This document shows, one piece after another, positions 63,652-64,000 of a stretch of 64,000 nt of DNA (the first letter of the stretch is position 1; each line of letters opens with the position of its first letter). The notes below the pieces were generated by a model. It was not told where the DNA came from and made no database searches. It saw only the letters and a list, made by a program, of their open reading frames with translations. A program made the position numbers and the translations under genes. Source of the stretch: Octopus sinensis (taxonomy: Eukaryota); NCBI RefSeq assembly GCF_006345805.1, contig NC_043017.1, positions 31,124,001 through 31,188,000 of the forward strand. Reading direction: 5' to 3'.

Positions 63652-63870
63652 AGCAGACCTGATGTAATGATTTGGAATAGAGACGAGAAACTATGTAGAG
63701 AAGGAAATCAGCTGCCCAGAGGATGTTAGCATAATACTGAAGATCAGCGAAAAAGAGAATACCTACTCTGAACTCTTGAGAATTCTGCAATTATTCTGTC
63801 CAGATTACAAGTTCAGGTTTATACCTGTAATTATGGGATATGTAACTCAATATTTAGTAACCATTAGTTT
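63652..63870 (+). pseudogene. Restriction-like endonuclease (RLE) domain fragment of an R4/Dong-type non-LTR element
   Basis: RPDVMIWNRDEKLC-(frameshift)-EISCPEDVSIILKISEKENTYSELLRILQLFCPDYKFRFIPVIMG matches the RPD...E.S.P.D...K..EK..KY...IPV.G RLE layout. Confidence 0.6.
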
Positions 63871-64000
63871 TCATTTTGGCTTCACCTTGCCGTACAGGAT
63901 CTCAAATCTATTGGCAGATTTAAAAAAGATATAGAAGTTAGCTTCTCAAATTAGTTGAAACGACCGTACGCACGAGATTCAATCTTACTGGAAAGATACA

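Overview
AT-rich animal genomic DNA saturated with microsatellites. The repeat families look like those of an octopod cephalopod (inference from recalled SINE and MITE families, not from a search). No host protein-coding gene can be supported: nearly all ORF-track entries are translations of (TA)n, (CA)n or trinucleotide repeats. Real coding signal is limited to decayed retroelements: Penelope-like (PLE) RT and GIY-YIG pieces, a near-full-length RTE LINE with a PHD-type finger, several RTE 3' ends and an R4/Dong-like endonuclease fragment. There are also about 20 tRNA-derived SINEs, several MITE or foldback elements and a non-autonomous Helitron. The main finding is a 6.8-kb array (about 25066-31858) of a ~481-bp unit. 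Each of its 14 HHR-bearing units carries a type I hammerhead ribozyme (HHR) motif (GGCCTG-CTGATGA-TTACGTAAGTAT-GAAA-TCACTGTG-ATA-CAGGTC). Eight units point one way and about six point the other, joined at a fold-back near 28880. This looks like a retrozyme or ribozyme-satellite locus able to yield ~481-nt self-cleaved, possibly circular RNAs. Further dispersed minimal HHR-like motifs with a CCGANGA core variant and a pre-miRNA-like hairpin are also present.
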